Assembly (NCBI GenBank): GCA_040285855.1
Contig: JAUFOQ010000010.1
Span: forward strand, 1,674,001-1,738,000
Direction of reading: 5' to 3'
Length of the DNA stretch: 64,000 nt
Source of the DNA: Eukaryota sp. GEM-RC1
Taxonomy: Eukaryota
Part shown: piece after piece, positions 40,380 to 52,689 of the stretch
Numbering within the stretch: position 1 is the first letter of the stretch
How the letters are laid out: every line of letters starts with the position of its first letter
Notes under the pieces: model-generated
What the model was told of the DNA's origin: nothing
Database searches by the model: none
Seen by the model: the letters and a program-made list of their open reading frames with translations, nothing else
Translations under genes and position numbers: made by a program

Positions 40380-41950
40380 TTATTGTGTCGCTTGTGGTGC
40401 AGCTCCATGCGTCCACAGTCCACCGCACTCTCCCGTGTCTCAGGACCCCACAATGAGCCGCTTCTTTCTTGAAGGTCCCGCCCTTCAAAGAACGGTTACA
40501 ACCGAACGTTCCGTCCTGCAGAGTGCTCCTGTTGAAAATTCCTCCCTTCCAAGCTCGTACCGTTCAAAAAGTTCCGCCATTTAAGGTTCGACTTCACCAC
40601 AAAATTCCACCCTTCGCAATTCTGTCTCTCCTGGAACTTCTCATCTTCCAGAGGAAGTTCAGAGAACAGCTCCTCCGGATATGATCGTCGAGGATTCGCC
40701 TTCCACGGCATCTTCTCCAAAGGCGGTCATTCAGAGTGCACCTCCCACGGTGACCACTATTGAAGACTCACCTCCCACGGCGACAAGTCAATCCTTTGAA
40801 AGAATAAGTGCCATGTTCGACAGGGATTCCGCTCTCAAAGCATTGAATAGTCCGTTTGCTTCTTTAAATACTGATTAGACAACCACTTCGTCCGTAACCC
40901 CCATGGTCCTATTCGGAGAACTTACGTTTCCGGAACGAGGCTCAGGCCCCCTTCCAACTAAGACTCTACCTAAAAACTCTCGTAAATCTGAAAAAGTCTC
41001 AGGCGGCTCCCATCCCTGAACCAAAGACATCCAAACCACCAGTTATGGATTCCACTCCAACTCTTGATCTTAGATCAACTCGTCAACCAATAACTCCTTC
41101 CGTGGATCCCGAGTTTGGACGATTTCGTCGATTATGACTTCCCTGATGATGATGGTTCTAAACAGCCGCTTCATGAAGGCCCAGCTGACCATTGTTAACC
41201 TCCGCCGTCAAGGACTGCTGGACAGGAGTTCCATCTTCCACCTTGCATTCCCGTTCTAGGGTTGATACCAACCAGAACCTACATAACGGGTTCTCCTAAG
41301 TTATTTCAGGTCCCGCCTGGTCCTTGCCAACAAGGATTAACCAAGGACGAACTAACACAAGCCGATCCTAGGGTGTTTCATGTCGACCGACAAGTGGTGT
41401 ACGATTTCAAACACAGTAGAAGACAGTTCGTTGAGATTCGAGAACTCAGAGATCGATTCCCTAGACCCTCTCTAGCAGCCATTAGAGTCATTCGTCACAC
41501 GTTCAATGACGAAATTCCACCCCTTGAAAGAACGTTCAAAATGAAAATCGTATTGCCGAGATTGCTAATCTCAGAGATACAGCTTCTTAGGAAGAACTTC
41601 CCAAATCCTGGACCTCCCGGTTTCCCATCCCCGATTAACCACACGAACCTGGGAAATCGAGAAAAGCCCTTTCCAGTGCCAAACCCATAACGAAGAACCG
41701 CTCTGATGACAAAGACCCTGACGCCTGTAGATTTAGTGACGAAAAGGGTCATTCTATCCTCCAATGCCCGAATCCCGAATGTAAGAGAAGTGAATTATCA
41801 ATGGATCAACGCAAGGCCAAGAGTTCCACCTCCAAAGCAGTAAACATTCTTCAAAGAAAAAGTCTAAGTATTCCCACGCAAATACAACAAACTCAGAACT
41901 CATCAACAACATACATGTAGTAGATACAACTGAGACCAGCACATCATCAT
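40380..41950 (+). other. GC-richer degenerate Pro/Ser-rich coding-like segment of unknown origin
   Basis: Compositionally distinct, with a CVACGAAPCVH cluster, short imperfect repeats and broken ORFs. No recognisable domain. Confidence 0.3.
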
Positions 41951-42410
41951 CAACTCAGTCAAACATGATTGGAGTCAACCAATTTCAAAAGCCATTGAGC
42001 AAGTTCAGTCTTTCCGAACCCTCAAAGCCTGAATTCCATCTTCAGTATAAGTAGTCAGAACTCACTCCGTCTTCTCAGTTGCAAACTGATGATTAACAGA
42101 ATTCCAGTTCAAGGTTTTTGGGACCGTCGAGCAACCATATCCATCATCAGATGACTCATCACACAAGACCTGGCTACGAACTGTAATATGACGCGCGTCA
42201 ACAAAATGTTCGCTTCACTCTGCCAACAATGTGGAGTCCCAGTCTAATATGTACGTATGGTACATCTAAAATCTCAGCGGTACAGAACATTTGCGGCCCA
42301 AGCTCACAACTACAGATAAATGTTTATTCAATGTTTCAGTTTGGTATTGGTTAACCAGTAATACTGGGTTTTACTTCAATGACACAGTATAACTTACTGA
42401 TTAAGTTGAT

Positions 42411-44095
42411 CTAATATACTATTTTAACAATGCTATTGACTTTCGACGCCTCTGTCAAAACTCTAGCACCTTCATCTTCAATGTAGTTGTGACTCAGATC
42501 AACAAGTGTAACTGTAGTATTGACTTTTAACGCCTCCGCCAAAGCTTTAGCACCTACATCTTCAATATAATTGTTCACTAGAGCAACACTAGTAACTGTA
42601 GTGTTAACTTTTAACGCCTCCGCCAAGGCAGTAGCACCTTCATCTCCAATAGAGTTGCAGAATAGATCAATACTTGTAACTGTAGTGTTAACTTTTAACG
42701 CCTCCGCAAAAGCAGTAGCACCTTCATCTCCAATAGAGTTGCTGAATAGATCAATACTTGTAACTGTAGTATTAACTTTTAATGCTTCTGCCAATGCCCT
42801 AGAACCTTCATATCCAATAGAGTTGCTAAATAGACCAATAGCTGTAAGTATAGTATTAACTTTCAACGCCTCTGCCAAAGCTCTAGCACCCTCAGCTCCA
42901 ATAGAGTTGTTGTCAAGATTAATACTTGTAATGGTAGCATTAACCATTAACGCCTCTGCCAAAGCTCTAGCACCTTCATCTTCAATGGAGTTGTCAAGCA
43001 GGTCAATACTTGTAATTGTAGCGTTAACTGTTAACGCATCTGCCAAAGCTCTAGCACTTTCAGCTCCAATAGAATTGTTGTTGATAACAATATTTGTAAC
43101 TGTAGTATTAACTTTCAACAAGTCAATCAATGGTAAACAAATAGGAGATCTGCAAGGAAGACATACATCAAGTTGCTTAAGACCTGGAAAGATCAACGAA
43201 GACTTGTTGAGAAACTCCAAGTCATTGTGATTCTCTAATGTCAATTCCAAACCTGAAATTACATTAGAAAAATTGAGAAATTCTTCTACTATAAAGCTCC
43301 CGTCGACGTGTAAGAAAACAGATTGTATCTCTGCTCCAAAGAAAGAAGCAAATGAGCAGAGGTGGGGAAGATCTTTGGATATGGCAGGGAACGTGTTTGT
43401 TTGAAGAAACACGTTGGTTGATGTCAGAGCCGAATTGAAGAATTGATCGCTTACATAGCCAACTTTCTTAAAGAACTTAGAAAGATCCTTCTTCAAGTTA
43501 AGAAGAGGACCACGATAATAACGATTTAATTCAATAGAAGACTTACAGACAAGTATTAACAAGTGAACATTGATGAGAATCAACAACGTCTGCGGAACTC
43601 GTAAGCACCTAGAAGGAGTTTGGAATGATACAGTCAAAGGGAGAAGTTCAAGTGGTATAGGTTCAGCATTAGGTTTAAAAGAGAAGGTACTAGTATTCAA
43701 TGGTTTAACAGAAGACTGAGGAGCAGATGCTACATAGGTACGTATAGGGCGGTCATGGATCTTAAACATCCAGTACTCATCTAAACATTGCTTGAGTCCT
43801 TGAACATCAAGAAATTCGACAAAAACGTTCCCGCTATATTACTAGGAGATCGAACTTCTTTAACGGGAAGAGAGGAGAAAGCTTGCCTAATGTCAGCTTC
43901 TCTTGCACTGTATGCAACGTTCACGATTTCCGCAGTGAAGGGGGCTTCAGAGGGAAGTTCACACTCTTCGTGATTTGGACGTAGAGTGGAAACAAGGGCT
44001 TCTTCAACAGCTCTCGGATTACAAGAAGATCGAGGAGGTTCACTGTGCAAGGAAGACGTACTACCATCAGTAGTTGTTTGAGTATTATGTTTCAT
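42411..44095 (-). CDS. RRM (eIF4B/4H-like), shared N-domain and ~8 LRRs; one homopolymer frameshift
   Basis: LPSEAPFTAEIVNVAYSAREADIRQAFSSLPVKEVR. One extra T at run 43821-43825 joins ORFs 43781-44098 and 42411-43769, matching the intact neighbour. Confidence 0.8.
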
Positions 44096-44842
44096 CAAAG
44101 CAAATCAAAACACAAATCACAAACCTTTTTTGATGTGCTAGTACATGTACCCTTCCCATAACGTCTTGTTACTAAAATGACTTCATCTACCTCATCGCTC
44201 TTAAAAACTGTTCAAAACCAAATTAGTATCTGATTTTTGTAAGTATCACTTCAAACATGTCTCAGAACACGTTTGTCCTACAAATGATATCGGCCAGGAT
44301 CTCGTGTAGTACTTGTTTTGAGTATTGTTTTTCTAAAGCATACTGTATGAACATCCCTTTCCATTAGAATTTTGGGTGGACTATAACACAATACACTATA
44401 ATGATCACAGAAAATGACTGTTATAAGTAGCTATAAGCACATGAACACTGGTTGTGAAGCAGCTGTCAAAATGGACTCTCGAAGTTACACTAACTATTTC
44501 AAAACCATTCTCAGTGACAAGGAATGGCTCCTCTACATGAGTTAACACACTTAAAAAACTGATGAAAAAAATACTATATAGATTTTCATGTTCCAAACCG
44601 TCTTGATTAGAGTTCATTTGCAACAAGAAATAAACCGTCTTGAAACTATTAAAGTTTCATCAAATTTTAAATTTAACATGTTAGGATGAGTTGTCTGTTT
44701 TTGTGTCAAATTATTCATAAAATGATCACTAAGAACACTGTCAGTATCTATAGTTTTACATCGACATACTTCAGATTTATAGATCTAAAATAAGGCAATC
44801 GAATGTAATTAAATGTTACTGAGAAAAATTGGCAATTACATA

Positions 44843-46249
44843 TTAAAGTACTATTTTAACTATACTATTAACTTTTAACGCCTCTGACAATGCTCTGGCA
44901 CCTTCAGCTCCAATAGCGTTTTCATCCACACTAATACTTGTCAGTATAGCATTAACTTTCAACGCGTCGGCCAAAGCTCTGGCACCTTCATCTCCAACAG
45001 AGTTAAACCCTAGGTCAATACTAGTAATAGCCGTATTAACTTTCAATGCTTCTGCCAAAGCTCTAACACCTTCATCTTCAATAGAGTTTCCACCCAGATC
45101 AAGACTAATAAGAGTCGTGTTAACTTTCAATGCTTCTGATAAAGCTCTAACGCCTTCCTCTCCAATAGAGTTTCCACTCAGATCAAGACTTGTAACAGTG
45201 GTATTAACTTTCAACGCCTCTGCCAAAGCTCTAACATCTTCACCACCAATGTAGCTGTCTCGAAGATGAACACGTGTAACTGTTTCATTAACCTTTAACA
45301 AATCAATGAAATGTAAAGCTTGAGAAGAACTAACATCTACATGAAGTTCCTTAAGACGTGGAAAGCATAGAGAAGACTTGTTCAAAAACTCAACGTGACT
45401 GCGATACCATAATCGCAATTCCAATCCTGAAATTACATGTGAATAACTCTGAAATTCTTCAACATTACAGGACTCACATACACCTAAGAAAACAGATTGA
45501 ACTTCTGCTCCAAAGAAAGAAGTAAATGAAAAAAGTTTAGGGAGTTCCTTTGAGACTACATTAAACGTGTTTGTTTGGAAAAACACCTTGGTTGCTAGTA
45601 GAGCAGCTTCGAAAAAGCCATCACTTGTATAACCAACTTTCTTAAAGAATTTACCAATATTTTTCGTTAAGTTACGGTAGTTAAGGAAATGATGATGAAA
45701 CATATAATTATTCAATTCTAGAGAAGACTTACAAATAATTCTCAACAAGTGAACATTGATGAGAACTAGCAAAGACTGCTGGAAGTGTAGGTATCTTAAA
45801 GGAGATTGGAATGAGGATGTCAAAGGGAGAAGTTCGCGTGGTTTAGGTTCAGTATTAGGTTTAGAAGAGAAGGTACTACTGTTCAATGGTTTAACAGAAT
45901 ACCGAGGAGTAGAGGCTACATAGGTACGGATAGGGCGGCCATGGATCTCAAACATCCAGTACTCATCTAAACATTGCTTGAGTCCTTGAACATCAAGAAA
46001 TTGGACAAAGAACGTACCCGGGATATTACTAGGAGATCGGACCTTTTTAACGGGAAGAGAGGAGAAAGCTTGCCTAATGTCAGCTTCGGTTGCACTGTAG
46101 GCAACGTTCACGATTTTGGCAGTGAAGGGAGTTTCAGAGGGAAGTTCATATTGTTCGTGATTTGGGCGTAGAGTGGAAATGTGTGGCTCTTCACCAACTC
46201 TTGGATTACAAGAAGATCGAGTAGGTTCACTTGAAGAAAGATGGTCCAT
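44843..46249 (-). CDS. RRM (eIF4B/4H-like), shared N-domain and ~5 LRRs; intact
   Basis: Uninterrupted ORF: LPSETPFTAKIVNVAY..GTFFVQF..IHGRPIRT RRM, FQQSLL/KVGY domain, 28-aa LRRs. Confidence 0.9.
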   Translation of the reverse strand: MDHLSSSEPTRSSCNPRVGEEPHISTLRPNHEQYELPSETPFTAKIVNVAYSATEADIRQAFSSLPVKKVRSPSNIPGTFFVQFLDVQGLKQCLDEYWMFEIHGRPIRTYVASTPRYSVKPLNSSTFSSKPNTEPKPRELLPLTSSFQSPLRYLHFQQSLLVLINVHLLRIICKSSLELNNYMFHHHFLNYRNLTKNIGKFFKKVGYTSDGFFEAALLATKVFFQTNTFNVVSKELPKLFSFTSFFGAEVQSVFLGVCESCNVEEFQSYSHVISGLELRLWYRSHVEFLNKSSLCFPRLKELHVDVSSSQALHFIDLLKVNETVTRVHLRDSYIGGEDVRALAEALKVNTTVTSLDLSGNSIGEEGVRALSEALKVNTTLISLDLGGNSIEDEGVRALAEALKVNTAITSIDLGFNSVGDEGARALADALKVNAILTSISVDENAIGAEGARALSEALKVNSIVKIVL

Positions 46250-46379
46250 CACTGCTGTGATTCATCAAAGCAAATCAACAAATCACAAAGTCTAATTCTT
46301 TCCCACATTCAGTACCAGACCTCGGATTTAATCTCTCGGATTGAGCTTTTTTTTCTAATACATCTCATTGATTCTTATA

Positions 46380-47600
46380 TTAAACAGTTTATTGATGGAG
46401 GATACAAAAATACATATCATAATAGAAGCTATGAAACACTAGACACCAAAAAGTCCTGATTCAACAGTAACACAGTTTTTATACAACTTTGAGAAAATTG
46501 ATTTAAAAAACATAGGCATCGAGGGGAACAGAGAAACAATGAAACGGTTATGCCAAATTGATAAGTTAAATCTCGTATTCTGTGACTGACAAATAGATTC
46601 AAAATCAGTTAAAAACCTAGAAGCCCCTTTGATTGCCACAAGCTCAGCAGCCCTTATCGACACCAAGTTCATGTCAAAGCTACGTGATCACCTTCGATTG
46701 GTCAAAAAAAGTTTGGTTGGGAAGCCATTTCACTATTACTAACAAAAATAGAAATAGCAAATGGAACAAATATAAATTTTGAATATATATTTTGATTGAG
46801 TTTAGCAACATCTTTATAATACAAGTCAATTTTACGTTTTTCAGCTGTTTTTAGGTGATTGAAACCTTTTGATTTTTAGCCATTAACATAAGTTTGAGCA
46901 GATGGATCTACTATTGTAACATCAAGGATAATGTGACTAGAATCAATAATAGGACCATGTAAGTCACCTCGACGAGAATTATAAATTAAATCAAGACCCA
47001 ACATACTAAATAAAGATTGAACTTTGGTATGAAATCCATGAGCTTTAAACATTTCAAATATTTTAAATTTTAGTAACACTAAACGCTTTTCAAATTACAG
47101 GTTTTCAAATGCTTATTTTGAAGTTTGATCACACATAAAGGGAGATACTATGGTAAATGAGAAGGAAAACAGCTGTTCCAAATATCCAAATACAAATTGT
47201 CATTAACTGAGACGAACTTAGCCAAGGAGTTGAATGAATGAGATTCCCATATAACAAAAAAACCGTATGTGGATTTAAATTCAAATAGAAAATTCTTCTT
47301 CCACCAATAAACGCACTTTTAGTTAAGTATGAAACTCGTGTAAAGCCCACACCGTCAAAATTAGCCGATGAAAATACGTGATAAGGCAATTTCTAACTTA
47401 GTTCTCAAAGAATTAAATGTTCTGGCTAAATCAATAGTAAGTTCAGCATTGATTGAGCGCAAAAAGTGATTGATTTTGGACGAAATTTTTTTACTGTAAA
47501 ACATTGTCATTTAAACTGATACTCAACACGGTTGATTTGAAGTTCATTTTGAACTTCCACAAGTTTTCAATGGATGAGTGTGAGACGGTAGAACTTAAGT
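46380..47600 (-). mobile_element. CRE-like retrotransposon, degenerate with internal deletions
   Basis: FDGVGF..LTKSAFIGG, MFKAHGF..SRRGDLHG..ILDVTIVDP and WHNRFIV. Confidence 0.8.
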
Positions 47601-47979
47601 CACCCCAAGATTTTGTTCTCCAGATTTTGTTTTAGCAGTCCTTTATATGATTCCACCACTTTTAACTTAAATTTGGTGGAATTATAGTCAAGTTTGAAGT
47701 ATTGTTTTGACCCAAAACATAGGAGCAGACGAGACATTCAATGAGCTTATTGAATGAATTCTTGTTAGATGTAGAGCATCTGATATCCTTTAGTAGTATA
47801 TTTTGGCACATAGCATATAAATATGTTTTGAAATAAAACTCTTGTTACTAAGGATTAGTAAATTTAAAAGTGGTGTAGTACAATCAAGACAATGGATACT
47901 AAGCTATAAGTCAAAGTCCTGCATTAAATAAACAATAGATACACCACATAACTATACACTAAATAAGTCTACATTTTCA

Positions 47980-48997
47980 CTAAACAAGTCTAGAACTTTG
48001 TAAACAACTTAAATCACTATCAAATGGGTTTTTGTGAAGATAAATCTCGCGGATTTTGGAATTTTCCTTCAACGCCTCAGCAATTGCAATAGCACCTTCA
48101 TTACCAATCGAATTATCCTGTAAATACAGAATTCGAAGGGATGAATTAACTCTCAAAGCCTCAGCAATTGCAATAGCCCCGTCATTACCTATATCATTTC
48201 TCTGCAAATCAATCATTTCAACCGACGAATTAACCTTTAATGCTTCAGCTAACGCGATGGCCCCCTCTTTTCCAATTGAATTCAAACAGAGATAAAGAAG
48301 TGTAAGTGAAGAGTTAACCTTCAAAGCTTCAGCGATTGCGATAGTACCTTTATCCCCAATAGAATTTCCACTCAGATAAATGGAAGAAATGGATGAATTA
48401 CTCTTCAAAGCATCAGCAAACGCAACCGCCCCTTCCTCTCCAATAGTAGACCCCAACAAGTCGATATAAGTCACCGAAGTATTATCCTTCAGACAGGAAG
48501 CAATAGTAATAGCTTCGTCTCGGTAGATGGGGGTGTTGTAGAGGTCGAGACGTCCCACGTCATTGGTCTTAATACTATTGATCAACTCAAGTAGCTGGGA
48601 ACTCAATCTGGCAAAGGAACTGGTTGGGGGAGGATTGTGTTGATCAGTATCAGATTTCGGGAAACTAGAGGGACATGAGGAGTACTTCTCTTCAATGGAG
48701 ATAGGTGAATGGGATTTGAAGAGCGTCAGGTCATGAATCTGTTGAGAACATTCATCACAGAGATCGGCAGGGCATTTATCACAAAAAGACTGTGGCTGAT
48801 GCTTTATCGCACTCTTTGCAGAGAAATTGACGCTGTCCAGCAACAGAGACTTGTTCTGTACAAAGAGGGCATATTTTGTGGGTGTTTAACCAGTCCAGAA
48901 GATGAGACATGCAGAAGGTGTGACCACACCAGGTAGTCACAGGATTCTGGGGAGGATTATGTCCCTGTGAACATTTGCTACACGAACTTTGAGACAT
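47980..48997 (-). CDS. RING, B-box and LRR protein (TRIM-like E3 ligase architecture); one homopolymer frameshift
   Basis: CSKC..PVTTWCGHTFCMSH..CPLC RING. Removing one T from run 48783-48787 restores the B-box CKEC..VFCDKC..LCDEC..IH..H. About 6-7 LRRs follow. Confidence 0.85.
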
Positions 48998-49080
48998 TAG
49001 GATTTAGAGTGAGGATTGTGAACCAGAAGCCACGTCATCGTTTTCTGTACAATATATTTTTAACTTCCTTTGGTTAAGTG

Positions 49081-49728
49081 CAGGGATTGGAAAAAATATA
49101 TTGCAATAAGTACAATAACAATTGTTGGTACATAAACAATATCATATTGTTGGAGCGTGTACAATGACAATATATTGCAATATATTGATGGGTTATTGTT
49201 AGTGAAATAATTGATACGTCAGTGTTTTATAGAATCTTTGTGGGAGAAAACACTGTGTAATAGAATAGATGTCGCCTCCTTAAGAAGAAGGATACTAAAC
49301 AAGACCATACAGTGAGTTCTACATTCGCCTTCGACTGTCAACCTATTGATTCAAGCACCAGCAATTCCGAGTACATTGACTTTTCAATCATTCGTTTACC
49401 CTCCAATGAAATTTAGAGGCTCTTGAGTCACACAAAACTCACTTTAGGTTGTTTTTGACATGCTTTAGATCAGGTTATCACAGAAAAACAATGGTTCTTG
49501 CTCTACAATTCTTCTTTTTGGAATGAAAAAACAATTGGCAGAATTTTTAACTCGTGGAAAAAAATGTTGTTGCAAATATACTCCATTATGTTTGTATTTT
49601 CCAATATTGGAATATATTGTCCATAAATACATATTTATTGTTCACAATAACAATGCCGTATTGTTCCAGTTCTCTTACTGTCAATAAATATTGTTGGTGA
49701 ACAATATATATATATTTTCCAATCCCTG
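49081..49728. mobile_element. hAT-type MITE with CAATA/TATTG repeats
   Basis: TIRs CAGGGATTGGAAAA / TTTTCCAATCCCTG. TSD GTTAAGTG / GTAAAGTG (7/8). Confidence 0.85.
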
Positions 49729-49841
49729 GTAAAGTGTGTTCGATTAGGTTAACGTTTGCGTTGTTTTGTTCAATGCATAGATATTTTAATTCAATTTTAG
49801 GTAAGTTGTTCGGTGATGGACAGAATGATCATAGTTTAGAT

Positions 49842-50917
49842 CAGTGATGTGAAAAAATTAATTTAATTATAATTAATTAATTCTAACCGCTTAGAATTAT
49901 AATTAATTAATTGTTACACCTTAGAATTATAATTAATTAACGGCAACTACTAGAATTAATTTTATAATTCCCTTTTCTTCACCTTATGTCGTCTTCTCCA
50001 ACTCCCAAAGAGATAGCCTTGTTCTTTTTTTACCTTTGTTGAACCACAACCCAATTGAAGTGAAACAACATCTGCCTGACCGAATGGAAACAGAAATGAT
50101 TGATGAAATGACTTCAAAATTTGACCAGCTGAACTCAATTACAAAGAAGTTGCAAGTTTCAGAAGTTCCTCTACACAAGGCCAAGAGAATGTTTGACGTT
50201 TTACATGAGGAATATCCAGCTATGCGATCTTACACATGTTATAGCCCGGCATCACCAATCTTTGAGTCCCCCGACTTTGAAAATGGAGTAATCAAGATAC
50301 TTGAAGGATATGAGAGAGAACTCACTGATGCAGAAAAGGCATCAGTCAGTAAACTGAAAAGAATTCCTCCTACTGAAAATGAAATGAAAACAATGCTCAT
50401 CTTGTCAAGAGCTTCAACGAAAAACTTGATGACGTCGATACTATTCCAAAAAACACTGCTTCGGAATACTTAGACTTATCATTTATTCCATCAACTTCTA
50501 ACCAGGTGAAAAGGCTATTCAGTCGTGCAAAATTAACTCTTGGTATTTCTTCTTATTTATCTAATTATAGGGCAGCTGAGAGGACTTTTACAATCAAAAA
50601 CCTTAGAGAAACATTTGTTTCTTTTATACAACACTGATTCTTGGAACTTGGATTTAGTCAAATCAATTGTGAGTAAGAACCCTCATCAGACAACAGGATT
50701 AAATTCGGCCGAGCTTGTTATAGATGTCGATTCAGAATGATATTATGTTGATTTTTGTCGTATGGTAATAAAGAATTAATTGTAATTAATTGCAATTAAT
50801 TAATTGTTGGTCTGAAGAATTAAAATTAATTAATTGTTGGCGTGTAGAACTAAAATTAATTGATTGTTGGCCTGTAGAATTAATAATTTAATTTAAATTA
50901 ATTTTTTCACATCACTG
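49842..50917 (+). mobile_element. Internally deleted hAT element retaining the transposase C-terminus
   Basis: TIRs CAGTGATGTGAAAAAATTAATTTAA / TTAAATTAATTTTTTCACATCACTG. Perfect TSD GTTTAGAT. FIPSTSNQVKRLFSRAK dimerisation motif at ~50480-50535. Confidence 0.9.
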
Positions 50918-51033
50918 GTTTAGATACTTTAGTTAGTGTCTGTTAGTTAATAATTTAAAAAATAACTTAGTTATCAACTTCTGCAAATGCATTTATTTCA
51001 CTGATTGTTCATAAACCCCGTTTTTACAATATC

Positions 51034-51647
51034 TAGCACTGGGCGTTCAGTTTCCGATCCGACCAGATCCGAAATTTTTCGTATTTGAATCCGACATGAC
51101 CCGAACCACCATTATCCGAACCCGACCCGACCTGAACTACTACAATCTGAACCCGATCTGAAATCTTCTTGAATCAGAATTGACTTCGAGTCTTTTCTTC
51201 ACTGTATGAAAGCACCACCGCCATAGCCATTTTATTACTTAAATGAATAAACCGGAAACATTTTTGAAAATCACTAAGGTACTTTAATTATGAATATAAA
51301 TCTTGGACAAAAGGTAAAGAAGAGGACCAACGCCTTCTAAAAACTCATGTTTGAGCGGAATTGCATCAGTGGACTGGAATTTTGGCTTGTACAGTTAAAT
51401 TTCATTGTCCTAATAGGAGTGGTACAATTTAATTGATGTGATGAATGTATTTATTTAAGATCTTGTTGATTCAATCGTACATATATGGTCATAGTCGTAT
51501 CATAGTTATATACTTAAAAGTTGGTTTCAGATAACGGATATCCGAAAACCAATCTGAATCCGCATCGTCAAATCCTAAAAAAGGCTATGTTGTATCTGAA
51601 TCTGATCCGAAATCTGAAATGAAATCCGATCTGAACGTCCAGTGCTA
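51034..51647. mobile_element. hAT-type MITE with TCCGA/TCTGA repeats
   Basis: TIRs TAGCACTGGGCGTTCAG / CTGAACGTCCAGTGCTA (16/17). Perfect TSD ACAATATC at 51026-51033 and 51648-51655. Confidence 0.9.
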
Positions 51648-52273
51648 ACAATATCACAACAAATACAAAAATTTACTACAGTGGACTCCAGCTCTACAAT
51701 AACATTACTATTTGCGACGAAAAGAAGGATACTTGTAGTGATACCGATTGAAAACAGCAAGAAGACCTTCGTTTCAGCATTTGCAGACTCCAATATCCTG
51801 TTCAGAACAGTTATTACTGTCTCCATCAATATTTCGACCGTTTGTACATCGTTAGGACTTCTCTTCATGCATAACTCACATTCTTTACAGAATGAATTGA
51901 GTTGAGAAGTCCCAACAGTATTCGCACAGTTAGTTTCTGCGTAACTAGTTCTGCAACTGTTGACCTCATACGTTATCCTTTGTTTTGCATTGGATAAGTT
52001 GACAACAAAATCGTGAACAAAGAATCCGAAAAGAGCCAGTATTATGATGGTAGATATTGCGTAGACAAGTCCCTTGAAGAAGCTTTCGAGACAAGCTGTT
52101 TTCTTTGGTCTGTTGTTGTTCTTTCGATTATAAGGCTTCTTGTTTTGATTCGATCGCGCTAGGGTTCCTGTTTCATATCCTTTTGTCCTTTGATTTCCAC
52201 CTTGGTATTGATTTCTTGGTGTGTTAGGTTTTGAAGCATTAGAGATGTTTTTTTGAGCTGCTGCCTTAGCCAT
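51575..52273 (-). CDS. BRR6: Brr6/Brl1-family nuclear envelope protein
   Basis: Two hydrophobic segments flank CxxxYxxxNC..LxxFCxxCExCM..P. Basic low-complexity N-terminus. The last ~24 codons are read from the MITE. Confidence 0.8.
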   Translation of the reverse strand: MAKAAAQKNISNASKPNTPRNQYQGGNQRTKGYETGTLARSNQNKKPYNRKNNNRPKKTACLESFFKGLVYAISTIIILALFGFFVHDFVVNLSNAKQRITYEVNSCRTSYAETNCANTVGTSQLNSFCKECELCMKRSPNDVQTVEILMETVITVLNRILESANAETKVFLLFSIGITTSILLFVANSNVIVELESTVVNFCICCDIVSTGRSDRISFQISDQIQIQHSLF

Positions 52274-52689
52274 CTGTGTTTTCTACGGTATGTTGTGAAT
52301 GGCTGTCTTTTGAATCGAAGTGCCTGTGGAGAATTGAATTTTTAAGTTTTTAAAAATAATAAAATGGAACCTAGAGCAACAATAGCTCTTCACGCACTTC
52401 TATTTTGTATAGTAAACAATCGGTGTTGTACACACAATCGGCAGAATTGATGAATCATGGCACTTTGAACTGAATGTTCGATCCTTTTTCCAGTTGTTTG
52501 ATCATGATCAGAGGAAGTGATAATACAGAACACTCCTTTTATGATGTGTTTGCTATGTAATATGTCGATAATTGCCCTTTGATTGGTATTAAAAACGATG
52601 ACAAATTCCTCTTCATTTTCTCTTCAATCAATGTAACTTATCGTGATCTTTCTTCTTGTTCTGACCATTGTTTGAGCTGATTGCCGTTG

